From an uncultured Chlamydiae bacterium (GTDB taxonomy: Bacteria > Chlamydiota > Chlamydiia > Chlamydiales > JAJFMA01): 64,000 nucleotides of DNA. Position 1 is the first letter of the stretch. The number at the start of each line of letters is the position of its first letter. The notes beneath the pieces are model-generated. The model searched no databases. It saw only the letters and a list, made by a program, of their open reading frames with translations, and was not told the origin of the DNA. The position numbers were made by a program, and so were the translations under genes. Of this stretch, positions 38,139 through 48,108 are shown one piece after another. The DNA is taken from assembly GCA_963713615.1 (NCBI GenBank), contig CAVQMM010000001.1, positions 2,848,001-2,912,000 on the forward strand, written 5' to 3'.

Positions 38139-38453
38139 ATGAAAAAGAAATATACCTTAAAGCAACGCAAACAATTGTTACATGAATGGCGAGTTAGTGG
38201 TAAAAGTGCTCCAAAATGGTGCCAAGAGATGGGAATTTCCTATACAACCCTTGCTCATTGGCGACAAACACTGCCAGTCCGCAAACAAAAAAAATGCCAA
38301 CGCAAATCTCCTTCCTTTGTAGAACTGGTCGAATCGCCAAAACCTGCGCAAAACTACATTGAGGTTGCCTGCGCTGACGTCGTTATTCGACTATTCCCGG
38401 ACTTTGATGATCAGGTCTTTCTACGCTGCCTTCAAACATTAAAACGATTATAA
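38139..38453 (+). CDS. Second TnpA-like protein of IS66 type B (convergent with tnpC)
   Basis: W..SGKS...WC...GISY.T..HW plus FVEL...IEV...IRL. Confidence 0.85.
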   Translation: MKKKYTLKQRKQLLHEWRVSGKSAPKWCQEMGISYTTLAHWRQTLPVRKQKKCQRKSPSFVELVESPKPAQNYIEVACADVVIRLFPDFDDQVFLRCLQTLKRL

Positions 38454-38485
38454 TGAATGCCCCTTGGCTGGCCCTGAATGTTTTT

Positions 38486-40066
38486 TTAGTGGGATACAGC
38501 CGATTTGAAATTCTCAAAAGAATTGCCAGAAGGGTCCTGCTGTGATTTAGCCCATTGATCTGGTAGTAGTTCGTAAAGTTTTTGTGAGCTGTGACTCATT
38601 AGTCTACGCATGACATCTTCAAGATAGTCTCGAGGGTTTATTCCCAGATTCCGGCAGGTTTGAACTAAAGACAGTATTACCGCTGCGGCTTCGCCCCCTT
38701 CTTCATTGCCAATAAATAGCCAATTCTTGCGGCCAATTGCCAATGGACGAACTGCACGTTCGGCTACATTGTTATCTAGGCGTGCGTATGGATGGTTTAA
38801 GTAGTTTTTTAGATGAGGAATCAGACCTAAAAAATACCCTAGAGCTTCTCGAAATTTGGATTTAGGCAGGACTTTTCCTTCGGATAGACGTTTTTTGATG
38901 GCGTTGATTAGCTCGTCTATAATCGGCCCCTCTTTCAGCTGCCGTATGCGTAATCGCTCTTCTTCAGAGCGTGCCCAAGCAATTCTTTCTAGCATAAAGA
39001 GGTAGCGAATCTTTCGTAAAACCCATTTGCGAAATGGGGGATCTCCAGTTTCCGCCTCTATGAATTTTCTGCGAATATGCGACCAGCAGGGACATAAAAT
39101 GATTTTCTTCTTATTTGCCAGATCAATATAAGCCCCATATTTATCTGAATGTACCACTCCGGTATACCCTGCAAGTATTTCCGAGGCATTTTCATGTTTG
39201 CGGTTCGTCCGAAAATTGTAGACTCTATAGGCTGGGTTCGTATGTTTGCCCCCAACCAACACCCACATGTAAGCTTGATGGACTTTGCCCTTTCCCGGAG
39301 AAAGCATATCCACAGGACTTTCATCGATAAACACATTTCCGCTTTGCAAAATTTGCTTTGTTAGTTCCTCATGAAGAGGTTTTAATGCCTGTCCACAGCG
39401 TACAACCCAATTACAAAGGACTTGCCTGCTGATCCCAATTCCTTCCCTAGCAAGAATTTCTGAAATTCTATAGAGCGGTAGATGGTCGGCAAATTTCTTT
39501 GTTAAAATGTCTGCTAAAAAGCTCTCATCTGCTTGACAACGCGTAAGCAAACCTTCTGGAAGGGGAGCAGTTCGGATTCCACCTTCACTGTCTTGAGGAA
39601 GAGCATATTTTGGCCGGATGATTTCTTTGATAAAATAGCTTCCTGGCTTATGAGCCAGTTTTTGACTGACTTCTTCACCGATCTTGATCAGTTGCTGACC
39701 AGTCTCAGGACAGATCTTTTCAGATTCCGGTAGATCGATTATTTGACGTTCTACGGGTAGGTCTGGGGGCAGTGTGATTTTGTCTTTACCAGTACGCTTG
39801 AGTTGTCGGCGCTCATGAGCAGGAATGGTTGTTTTCTTTTCCGGTTTCACATTCTTAGGTGGTTCAAAACCGGGTAAGAAGGGTTGACTTTCGTTGACTG
39901 GGTCTACAAATTTTTCGGCACGTTGTCCAAAAACCTGCCTTTTTAGCCAATCCAATTGCTCCTTGAGATAAGTCAGCTCATTCTGTAGCTGCTCGATTAT
40001 GCTGTCCTTACGAGCGCTTTCGGCAATCAGATCTTGGAGAGTACGTGTTGTAGGTGCCATATGCAC
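38486..40066 (-). CDS. tnpC: IS66 transposase TnpC (intact)
   Basis: KFADHLPLYR, IDESP, SDKYGAY, CWSHIRRKF and DNNVAERAVRP. Confidence 0.95.
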   Translation of the reverse strand: MHMAPTTRTLQDLIAESARKDSIIEQLQNELTYLKEQLDWLKRQVFGQRAEKFVDPVNESQPFLPGFEPPKNVKPEKKTTIPAHERRQLKRTGKDKITLPPDLPVERQIIDLPESEKICPETGQQLIKIGEEVSQKLAHKPGSYFIKEIIRPKYALPQDSEGGIRTAPLPEGLLTRCQADESFLADILTKKFADHLPLYRISEILAREGIGISRQVLCNWVVRCGQALKPLHEELTKQILQSGNVFIDESPVDMLSPGKGKVHQAYMWVLVGGKHTNPAYRVYNFRTNRKHENASEILAGYTGVVHSDKYGAYIDLANKKKIILCPCWSHIRRKFIEAETGDPPFRKWVLRKIRYLFMLERIAWARSEEERLRIRQLKEGPIIDELINAIKKRLSEGKVLPKSKFREALGYFLGLIPHLKNYLNHPYARLDNNVAERAVRPLAIGRKNWLFIGNEEGGEAAAVILSLVQTCRNLGINPRDYLEDVMRRLMSHSSQKLYELLPDQWAKSQQDPSGNSFENFKSAVSH

Positions 40067-40114
40067 ATCATTGTACTCAAAATATGAATTTATGTGAATG
40101 CAAAAAATGCATTT

Positions 40115-40453
40115 TCACACTATCTTGAAACGCTTTTGCAGTCGTTTCGGAACGACGCCTTCCAACATCATCAAAAAGGTCCTTCGATCAACTAAGGCCT
40201 CTTCCAATTTTCTCTTAGGGAAGCTTCCCCGCTCAAGACGTTTATACCAGATGGCAAAACCATCACTATCCCAATAGAGTATTTTAATGCGATCTCTTCG
40301 ACGGTTAAGAAAGGAAAAGAAGGCGCCACTAATCAGCTCATCACTGCCGAAAGCTCTCTCAACTAAGGCGCAGAGGCCTTCAAAACCCTTTCTTAAATCG
40401 GTTGTCTCACGAAAAATGAAGATTCGCGCATTCCCTGGATAAGTCAGCATCAA
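40115..40453 (-). CDS. tnpB: IS66 accessory protein TnpB
   Basis: Identical to 36094-36432. Confidence 0.93.
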   Translation of the reverse strand: MMLTYPGNARIFIFRETTDLRKGFEGLCALVERAFGSDELISGAFFSFLNRRRDRIKILYWDSDGFAIWYKRLERGSFPKRKLEEALVDRRTFLMMLEGVVPKRLQKRFKIV

Positions 40454-40764
40454 GACTCCTCAAACAGTCTAAGACACATCAGAAGAGCTGTGCGGTCATA
40501 ATCTTTTGCCAGAGATAGTTTGCCTCCTCGAAAATTCATCTGCAGCCAATCGGGTATAGACCAGCCCTCTGGTAACTCCTTACATGGTTTATGCACAGGC
40601 TGATTTTTCGACTGATTGCTTAAAAATCGTTTTTTCCAATAATTGAACGTGGCATAAGAAAGACTTTGCTCTCGACACCAAGAGGAGGCGCTCTTTCCGC
40701 TTTTAGTCCACTCCTGGATTGTTTTTGCCCACTGCTCCGCACGAACTTTATCTCTCTCTTTCAT
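40450..40764 (-). CDS. tnpA: IS66 accessory protein TnpA
   Basis: W...IQEWTKSGKSASSWCREQSLSYATFNYW; overlaps the tnpB start. Confidence 0.9.
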   Translation of the reverse strand: MKERDKVRAEQWAKTIQEWTKSGKSASSWCREQSLSYATFNYWKKRFLSNQSKNQPVHKPCKELPEGWSIPDWLQMNFRGGKLSLAKDYDRTALLMCLRLFEES

Positions 40765-40960
40765 CAGACCTACCTCCAAAGTGTTACCTAACTTTGAAGG
40801 CACATTAGCTGATTACATCAACGACCGAAATATGGCTAGCATTGACGCTTACAGATCAATGGGCTAAATCACAGCAGGACCCTTCTGGCAATTCTTTTGA
40901 GAATTTCAAATCGGCTGTATCCCACTAAAAAAACATTCAGGGCCAGCCAAGGGGCATTCA

Positions 40961-41275
40961 TTATAATCGTTTTAATGTTTGAAGGCAGCGTAGAAAGACC
41001 TGATCATCAAAGTCCGGGAATAGTCGAATAACGACGTCAGCGCAGGCAACCTCAATGTAGTTTTGCGCAGGTTTTGGCGATTCGACCAGTTCTACAAAGG
41101 AAGGAGATTTGCGTTGGCATTTTTTTTGTTTGCGGACTGGCAGTGTTTGTCGCCAATGAGCAAGGGTTGTATAGGAAATTCCCATCTCTTGGCACCATTT
41201 TGGAGCACTTTTACCACTAACTCGCCATTCATGTAACAATTGTTTGCGTTGCTTTAAGGTATATTTCTTTTTCAT
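40961..41275 (-). CDS. Second TnpA-like protein (copy)
   Basis: Identical to 38139-38453. Confidence 0.85.
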   Translation of the reverse strand: MKKKYTLKQRKQLLHEWRVSGKSAPKWCQEMGISYTTLAHWRQTLPVRKQKKCQRKSPSFVELVESPKPAQNYIEVACADVVIRLFPDFDDQVFLRCLQTLKRL

Positions 41276-41420
41276 AAGCCTTCCATACTTTTAAAAAAAG
41301 TGCTTTTAGGCGTCTCGAAAGATAGATAGGCCTAATACACGCCCACTTTTGACTGTTGACTTGGAAGGCACATTAGCCGATTACCTCAATGATAGAAATA
41401 TGGCTAGCATTGACGCTTAC

Positions 41421-41659
41421 CCATCTCTTGGCACCATTTTGGAGCACTTTTACCACTAACTCGCCATTCATGTAACAATTGTTTGCGTTGCTTTAAGGTA
41501 TATTTCTTTTTCATAAGCCTTCCATACTTTTAAAAAAAGTGCTTTTAGGCGTCTCGAAAGATAGATAGGCCTAATACACGCCCACTTTTGACTGTTGACT
41601 TGGAAGGCACATTAGCCGATTACCTCAATGATAGAAATATGGCTAGCATTGACGCTTAC
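41421..41659 (+). mobile_element. Remnant right end of a third IS66 type B copy
   Basis: 239-bp tandem duplicate of 41182-41420 ending in the TIR. Confidence 0.88.
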
Positions 41660-41754
41660 CATGAACCGCCGTATACGGTTCCGTACGTACGGTGGTGTGA
41701 GAGGGCGGGAGCCGGGAGGCTCCCCCCTACTCGATTCTCATTTGTAAAGCTGCT

Positions 41755-44700
41755 TTACAACCTTGGAACAAATTGATACAGGCTTTCATCTGGCCTGTCG
41801 AGTGCCATTTCCGGGGTCATCCAACGGCCAGTATCACTATCCAGATATTTTGCACCAAACTGAATCAAGCCAGTCTCCGCATCATGCCTTTGCCCTGCAA
41901 AGCCCCATGGGTTAATTGCAGGACTTGTGTTTGCAATCCACCCTCTCCACCAGCTTTTGACATAGTGTGTTTGTTCTCCAAAAGCAGTGTAACGATAGGC
42001 TTCGACGACGTCACCAGAATCGGTTGTCAATAGTGCAGTGACATTTCCCGAACGGTCATGTAGCGGTGCATAGACATGTTCTCCAATCTCTATGGCCACA
42101 GCTGTGCTAACTTGACCGTTGTGGCTTTCACCAAGGACTCTTAGTTGTCGTAAGTTGCCCCTGGCATCAGTCATACCGATCTCAATGTCTCCTTGATACA
42201 GATATTGCTCGATGTCTATGACGTTGTTGGAATTATCATAGGCCGTTTTGCTTGATCTGCGGTTAAAGGCGTCATAGGCATAGGTCCATCGCTTTCCAAG
42301 CGATGTAACTTGTGTCAAACGGCCTAGTGCATCATAGGATAGCTGATAGTCACCGAGCTTGGTCCTATTTCCGCATGCGTCATAGGTGTAGCTTTGCGCT
42401 CCCTGCCTTGTTAACTGTTGCAGAGCATTGATGTCGCAGTCTGAGTTATCCTTTATAGATCGATTATTTGATAGATCATAGTTATAGATATGGTGTGAAG
42501 ATCCTTCTTCTGTAATTAGACGAGAGAGTCCATCGTAGGTATAATGACAATTTAATTTACCGACAATATCATGCTGAGTTTTTGAGACGAGGTTACCGAT
42601 TGCATCAATTCCATCAACTGAGACTTCTTCTTCAAAATGCGTGGAATACTGCTTTCTAAGGCGCCCTACAATATCCCAGGAATAGGTAGCAGCACCGGCC
42701 TTGCCAATCATACGAACCGCTGTTACATGGCCAGCATGGTCTCGAGACAAGTATTTGTGATTATAAAGCTCCGTTCCCGACGCATCAACCCTACAGATTT
42801 CAAGAAGGTGTGCGGTGTCATAGTTGTAATGGATTCCTGAGCCGTTAGACAGGCCTATGGTGGTGATACGATTCAAGCCATCATATTGATAGAATATGGA
42901 CAAACCTGTAGCTAGCTGCTCTTCAATCAAGCGATTAGCATGATCATATTTTCGTATTAGTGTAGACCCTTGTTGATCGGCAATAGAAACGACATTGCCA
43001 CAGGCATCATAGGCATAGTGATAGGCGAAAGAGCCATCAGATGCACCACGGTAGGATAGTCGCCCTATTGCATCATACTGATGGCTGATCGTTACCCCGT
43101 TGGGTAGTGTCTCAGCCTCTTTCTGGCCATTTGTATCGTAGGTAAAATGAGTCTGACGTGCCAGTGGTGAGCCAGCGGCTTCATAGATTGCTACGATGTT
43201 CCCCGCGGAGTCATATCTCCATTCGGTTGCAACATCTTGGCATCCCTCTTTTGTTGTGATTGTCTTGGCGATTTTTACAAGCTGATTGTTGCCTTTATAG
43301 CTCTTTCGAACTTCACTGAGCTCCTTACCCTTAGGGTCTAGTTGAATGATGCTGACAACCTGTCCAAGGGGGTTATGTGTCGTAACAGTACGATTTCCTA
43401 GAGCATCAACGGAGGTAACTTGCAAAACACGTTGGTCCTGATCATTCAGGTAGGCATAGTCATAATGAATGATGTTTTCATTACCCAATGCATCGATAAG
43501 CTTGCAGGGTTTGCCACGGGCATTGAATAGAGTTTTCTTTGTCGCTGACTCAGAGCCTGAAAAGGTTGTTACAGCGCTACAGTTTCCTGCGTCATCATAT
43601 TGTGTTTGAATGCAGCTGATTGTGTTACCTAGTGCATCTTGCACTTGCTCTTCAATAAGGCGGTCAAGGACGTCGTATGCATTTATCGTGCTGCGAACGT
43701 CGGTATTTGCTGGGCCTACCCATTGAATGGATTTAACTTTTCGGTTGCGGTTATCATATTCAAAGCGAGACCAGCCTTCAGGAGTATGCACCAAGGTGCA
43801 ACGTCCTGCTCCATCATATTCGTATGAGGTTGTATTACCATTGGCATCTGTTTCTGAGATGAGTTGCTTTCCTCTGTATTTCGCTGAAGTAGTAGCTAAA
43901 ATTTCACCTGTTTGTGAAGAGGTCTCCTCCTTAACTTTATTTCCTAATAGATCGTAGTGGAGTGCTACTGAATTTCCGTTTTTGAGGATCTTTCTGCTCA
44001 TGGAACCATCTAAGTTGTATTCAAAACGCTCCGTTGTACCGTTGGGATAGTTGACGACGGTTTGTTGGCCACGAGCATTGTAGGTTTTTGTCGTTACATT
44101 TCCTTCGGAGTCTGTTTCTGCGATGATATTACTCGCTACATCATACTCTAGACTAACTTGAGGTTGCTTAAGACTTCCCTGAGCGTCAGGGGATGCGGGT
44201 AGTACAGTGCTTATGAGGCGACCTAGATCATCATATTTGTAGGTAGTTTCATGTCCGAAGGGATCAATAGAGGCTATGCGATTACCCAAATAGTCATAGC
44301 GATAGCTGTTTTTAAGGTGTTGTCCATCATCGCAGACTCGTTCTTCCGCAACTATTCGATTTGAGTAGTCATAGACATACTCGTAGTGGTAGGGCAAACG
44401 ATCATTCTTTTCATACACCTTATTGCCATTGGCATCAAAGCGCCTTCGAATGATCTGGCCGAGGGCATTTTGCTCAAGAATTGCATTGCCCAGTGCATCA
44501 TATTCCCATCGCAGGGTATGGCTTACGATATCGTTGGAGATATAATGCTTCTGTTCGGTGAGTAGGCCCTCTGGCGAATAGGAGTTCATTACATATCCGA
44601 GACTAATCTCTGAACCTTTGGAGATATCATAGTAGGCATTGGCTACGACTGCTGGCAAGCCCATGCAAGGAGCCTCTTTGCGTGGAGTGAGATAGGTTAT

Positions 44701-46464
44701 TTTGCGGAAGGTTATTCCATTAAGATCCTTGCTCAATTTTCCGCAGCCATCGTCCTCGATGATCTGGACTAAGGTTGCATTGGCATCATATTCGCGAAAC
44801 TCACGTTGCACAATCCGATTGCCCTCGCAAGTAAGTTTAGCCTTTAGGAGATCGCTGTTGGGTTTGTATTTGAAAACGATGGTGAGACCATTTGCATAGG
44901 TTTCAGAAGTCTTGAGGTGAAACTTATCATCCGTGTAGGTGTATCGAACTGTATAGCGATCACAGCCATTATCTTGTGGAAGACCATCCATATCTAAGAC
45001 TGGTGGCTGCAAGTTGCTGCCGGAGAGGTTACCAAGCAGGTGTTCTGCAATGGTGTTGTGATGTTTATCGTATTCGTAATAACGGCATGAGCAGATGGTC
45101 TCATTGGCATCCAGCAAGGCGCGGCAGATGAGATTGCCATGTTGTTTTTGTAATGATTTACCCCAGAAGAGCTTCTCTGAGCTATATTTGGTGTAGGTGC
45201 TATCTGATGTTCCTACATAGCGTATGATATTTGTTAGCCGATCTCCTGTAGTGTACCCATAGACGGTGCGGTTGTTGTAAGCATTTCGCACGTCGGTGGT
45301 CTGATCTTGGCGGTAGAAAAAGCGATAAGTAATCACAGGGGTATCATCCCAGCCTACCGGAGCGCTAAGTAGGCTAACGCGTCCGCTTGTCCGGTCATTC
45401 TGCTGGTAGGGTCTAACATGCACCAATTGATCTCCCACCCAGTTATCCCCCACCCCATAGTAGTCGATATTAAGAAAGCGATTTTCAGGAAGTTCTCTAC
45501 GCTTTATTCTAAGCCCTGCAGTACCTGTTGTTTGACCATAGGTATAGATTTCCGTAGGGCCATTGGATGGTTTAACTTTAGATAGGTAGTAGCGTGGCTG
45601 CTTTTCGTCCGGAGCCAAGCGTGCTTCGTTTTCATAGGCTATTTTACGGCCATCGTTGCTTGTTATTAGTGATCCTAGATGTGCCGAATTTTCTGACAGA
45701 GTTTTCATCTGCAGCTCTCCAAACATGCAAGAGTTGCTTGCGTCGGTTCCCTTAATCTTGCTAAGACCAAATCCTGTAGTGGCATACTCGTGCATAATGT
45801 GGTTGCCATCAGGGAGATACTCTGCATTCAATCTAAAAAAAACGGGCATTCCTGCTTTTCTATTGTCTTGAATACGTTTATAAATCCTTTCACCCCCTGT
45901 AGCTAAGTGAAGACGGATAGTTTCCTCAGGCTGACGATAGCTAACTGTTTGGTTCTGAAAGTTCGAACGACCACTGATGGTTCCTTGATGGGTATTCGTA
46001 AGGCCATCTTCGTAATCGGGATTATGGATGTGAAAGCTTGTATGATTGCTGGGAGTCAATATGAGGGAATTTTTTTTGCGCGTTTGAAATTCGAGACGAC
46101 GATCACTCAAGTAGACCAAAGATGTTCCCGAGGGTTCAGGAGCTATCACGGTATAGACATAATCAAGGTGTGTCAGCTCCAGATCGGTGGGGTGATTACT
46201 ACTCCAACCATTTCCAAGGGACTTCATCGATGATGCTGCTAATGAGCTGTAGGACCTTTGAAATGTTAAGGGAACAGGACCAGGCACCACGAGATCTATG
46301 GTCTTAAACTTGTATGCTCCACTGATGACATTTACGCATCCAGCAACAAGGCTGGAGGGATCACCTGCTACTTCGGAAAGAGGAATGCGGTCTATAGGCT
46401 CTTTCGCATCGAGTGTGGTGGTAAGGGATTGGAATAGACAAAGCATTAACAGCCAATAGCGCAT
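41755..46464 (-). CDS. RHS/YD-repeat protein with signal peptide, lacking a C-terminal toxin domain
   Basis: MRYWLLMLCLF signal; VNVISG...DLVVPG..PL.F.RSYSS; many YD repeats; core PWGFAGQRHDAETGLIQFGAKYLD..TGRW. Confidence 0.9.
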   Translation of the reverse strand: MRYWLLMLCLFQSLTTTLDAKEPIDRIPLSEVAGDPSSLVAGCVNVISGAYKFKTIDLVVPGPVPLTFQRSYSSLAASSMKSLGNGWSSNHPTDLELTHLDYVYTVIAPEPSGTSLVYLSDRRLEFQTRKKNSLILTPSNHTSFHIHNPDYEDGLTNTHQGTISGRSNFQNQTVSYRQPEETIRLHLATGGERIYKRIQDNRKAGMPVFFRLNAEYLPDGNHIMHEYATTGFGLSKIKGTDASNSCMFGELQMKTLSENSAHLGSLITSNDGRKIAYENEARLAPDEKQPRYYLSKVKPSNGPTEIYTYGQTTGTAGLRIKRRELPENRFLNIDYYGVGDNWVGDQLVHVRPYQQNDRTSGRVSLLSAPVGWDDTPVITYRFFYRQDQTTDVRNAYNNRTVYGYTTGDRLTNIIRYVGTSDSTYTKYSSEKLFWGKSLQKQHGNLICRALLDANETICSCRYYEYDKHHNTIAEHLLGNLSGSNLQPPVLDMDGLPQDNGCDRYTVRYTYTDDKFHLKTSETYANGLTIVFKYKPNSDLLKAKLTCEGNRIVQREFREYDANATLVQIIEDDGCGKLSKDLNGITFRKITYLTPRKEAPCMGLPAVVANAYYDISKGSEISLGYVMNSYSPEGLLTEQKHYISNDIVSHTLRWEYDALGNAILEQNALGQIIRRRFDANGNKVYEKNDRLPYHYEYVYDYSNRIVAEERVCDDGQHLKNSYRYDYLGNRIASIDPFGHETTYKYDDLGRLISTVLPASPDAQGSLKQPQVSLEYDVASNIIAETDSEGNVTTKTYNARGQQTVVNYPNGTTERFEYNLDGSMSRKILKNGNSVALHYDLLGNKVKEETSSQTGEILATTSAKYRGKQLISETDANGNTTSYEYDGAGRCTLVHTPEGWSRFEYDNRNRKVKSIQWVGPANTDVRSTINAYDVLDRLIEEQVQDALGNTISCIQTQYDDAGNCSAVTTFSGSESATKKTLFNARGKPCKLIDALGNENIIHYDYAYLNDQDQRVLQVTSVDALGNRTVTTHNPLGQVVSIIQLDPKGKELSEVRKSYKGNNQLVKIAKTITTKEGCQDVATEWRYDSAGNIVAIYEAAGSPLARQTHFTYDTNGQKEAETLPNGVTISHQYDAIGRLSYRGASDGSFAYHYAYDACGNVVSIADQQGSTLIRKYDHANRLIEEQLATGLSIFYQYDGLNRITTIGLSNGSGIHYNYDTAHLLEICRVDASGTELYNHKYLSRDHAGHVTAVRMIGKAGAATYSWDIVGRLRKQYSTHFEEEVSVDGIDAIGNLVSKTQHDIVGKLNCHYTYDGLSRLITEEGSSHHIYNYDLSNNRSIKDNSDCDINALQQLTRQGAQSYTYDACGNRTKLGDYQLSYDALGRLTQVTSLGKRWTYAYDAFNRRSSKTAYDNSNNVIDIEQYLYQGDIEIGMTDARGNLRQLRVLGESHNGQVSTAVAIEIGEHVYAPLHDRSGNVTALLTTDSGDVVEAYRYTAFGEQTHYVKSWWRGWIANTSPAINPWGFAGQRHDAETGLIQFGAKYLDSDTGRWMTPEMALDRPDESLYQFVPRL

Positions 46465-46636
46465 AGACGGTCTCCTTAAAAATGTTCGTTGGATGGAAAG
46501 TGAAAATGCGGCATTGTTCAGTAAATTAAATATTTTAGCAATAACTACGTTTGATTTCAGGGTGCGACGATTGTTGCTTTGAAACATCAGCGGCGCCAGT
46601 TATACTGAGGCAAACCCCTAAGCATGGAGAATTGAT

Positions 46637-47182
46637 ATGTTGCAAAAAAGACATGTGGATCGGTTTCGTTTTCACCTACAACGGCTTTTTTCTCTTAAGA
46701 TTGGCCGTACAACTTTTAGAGAGATGCAGAACGCTATTTTGAACACCGTTGAAGGCGACAGGGAACAAGCAAGTCAGTTGTTTGAGGCGCTTCTTCGCGG
46801 TGAGGTGTCCGACGATCTAGCGGAGACGGATTCCCTACCTGCAATACGAGCCCTAGTGGATGCTTATAGTGTGCCCGCACGTCTCGCGCGTGATATTTAT
46901 GAGCGTGGCGATTTTCTGCAGGTCATCACTTCGGACGCCATTCGTCAAAATGATGCTTCGCTGTTTGTCAATCGCATCAGACGTATTGATGGAGAAGAGA
47001 TACAGTTTATCACCGATATTGAAAGCACTGTGCACTTACTTCAACATTTTGTTGGCAGGTTAACGGATCTTGAAGGGCAAGCTAACGAAGGAGCCGCTAT
47101 TGATGCTGTTCGCAAACCTTTGGAGCAGGTCAAGCATAGCTTACAGCAGCTGCTTAACAAATCCTCATCCTCTAAGAAATAA
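46637..47182 (+). CDS. CT584-like chlamydial type III secretion-associated protein
   Basis: IGRTTFREMQN, ARDIYERGDF...ITSD and NRIRRIDGEE match the remembered CT584 pattern. Confidence 0.85.
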   Translation: MLQKRHVDRFRFHLQRLFSLKIGRTTFREMQNAILNTVEGDREQASQLFEALLRGEVSDDLAETDSLPAIRALVDAYSVPARLARDIYERGDFLQVITSDAIRQNDASLFVNRIRRIDGEEIQFITDIESTVHLLQHFVGRLTDLEGQANEGAAIDAVRKPLEQVKHSLQQLLNKSSSSKK

Positions 47183-47196
47183 GCGTTAATGGTCAC

Positions 47197-48093
47197 ATGA
47201 CAAAATCCTTGGCAATCTACGCTGCTATGGGGCTAGGAGATGCTCTCCTAGCCGCACAGCTAGCACATCAACTGACGTTAAAAGGACATCGCGCCACACT
47301 CTATAGTTCCGTTTTGGGGGCGATGGCTAATTGGTTTCCTTCTCTAGTGATCAAGCCGTTTCCCGCGATGGACCATATCAAAAACGAGCTATCTGAATAT
47401 GATCATGTTATTGCTGCCGACCATACGGTGATTTCGGATCGCTTTCGGGGTATTGAAAAGATCACGATCTTGTTCCACGAGGAACTAGATAAGAAGCAGA
47501 CAATGTTGCGTAATCTGCTTGCATATGGTCGTCGTGTATGGGATGCACCCGAAGAACCTGGGCAAGCATACCGGTTGCCTCATTCATTGCAGCACCGCCA
47601 TGACCATAAGCGTGTGATCATGCATCCTACTAGCGGAGCAGAGAAGAAGAATTGGCATGGGGAAAAGTTTGTCCGTGTAGGCCAGAAGCTTCGTGGACAG
47701 GGCTATGACCCGGTGATGGTTATAAGTGTCCAAGAAGCTCCTGCTTGGCGTTGGGTAGAAGAGGCGGGCATCCGGTTAGAGGTTACACAGACTTTAGATC
47801 ATCTAGCTACCTTGGTTTACGAATCGGGTTATTTTATTGGGAACGATTCTGGTATTGGGCATATGGCGTCGTTATTTCATGTGCCGACGGTTACGGTAGG
47901 GGCAAGGGCTAGTATTCTGCGTCTATGGCGTCCGGGATGGGGGCCTGGCACTGTTATCACGCCATGGTTAGTGTTTCCTGGATCGAGGTTGCAAGAGCGT
48001 TATTGGAAGCAATTTCTCAGTGTAGGGCAAGTTTGTAGGGCTTTTAGAAGCCTGGAGCGATCGCTTCCGCAATTAACAGGTCCAATGGAATGA
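47197..48093 (+). CDS. Glycosyltransferase family 9 (heptosyltransferase-like)
   Basis: GLGDALL, HPTSG..KKNW and FIGNDSGIGHMA. Confidence 0.9.
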   Translation: MTKSLAIYAAMGLGDALLAAQLAHQLTLKGHRATLYSSVLGAMANWFPSLVIKPFPAMDHIKNELSEYDHVIAADHTVISDRFRGIEKITILFHEELDKKQTMLRNLLAYGRRVWDAPEEPGQAYRLPHSLQHRHDHKRVIMHPTSGAEKKNWHGEKFVRVGQKLRGQGYDPVMVISVQEAPAWRWVEEAGIRLEVTQTLDHLATLVYESGYFIGNDSGIGHMASLFHVPTVTVGARASILRLWRPGWGPGTVITPWLVFPGSRLQERYWKQFLSVGQVCRAFRSLERSLPQLTGPME

Positions 48094-48108
48094 TTTTGCT
48101 TGAGGCAT

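Larger units (their letters stand above)
37994..40852 (-). mobile_element. IS66 type B, complete copy (2859 bp)
   Basis: TIR GTAAGCGTCAATGCTAGCCATATTTC (26 bp perfect, ~60 bp imperfect); TSD AGATCAAT at 37986-93 and 40853-60. Confidence 0.95.
35809..41420 (+). mobile_element. IS66 type B, 5'-truncated copy, interrupted at 37993 by another copy
   Basis: tnpA' to 36097, tnpB 36094-36432, tnpC 36481-37993 plus 40861-40928, convergent tnpA-like 40961-41275; right TIR ends at 41420. Confidence 0.9.
33659..41735 (+). mobile_element. Inactivated group IIC intron containing nested ISs
   Basis: 5' GTGCGACCGG at 33659; domains V/VI GAACCGCCGTATACGG...GTACGGTGGTGTGAGAGG...CTACTCGAT at 41663-41735; RT fragments in between. 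Confidence 0.9.

Noticed and set aside
41743..41759. 17-bp palindrome as canonical parS, dif or a LacI/CcpA operator
   Set aside because: It does not match parS (TGTTTCACGTGAAACA) or dif, and it lies at gene ends rather than promoters; kept as an unexplained motif.
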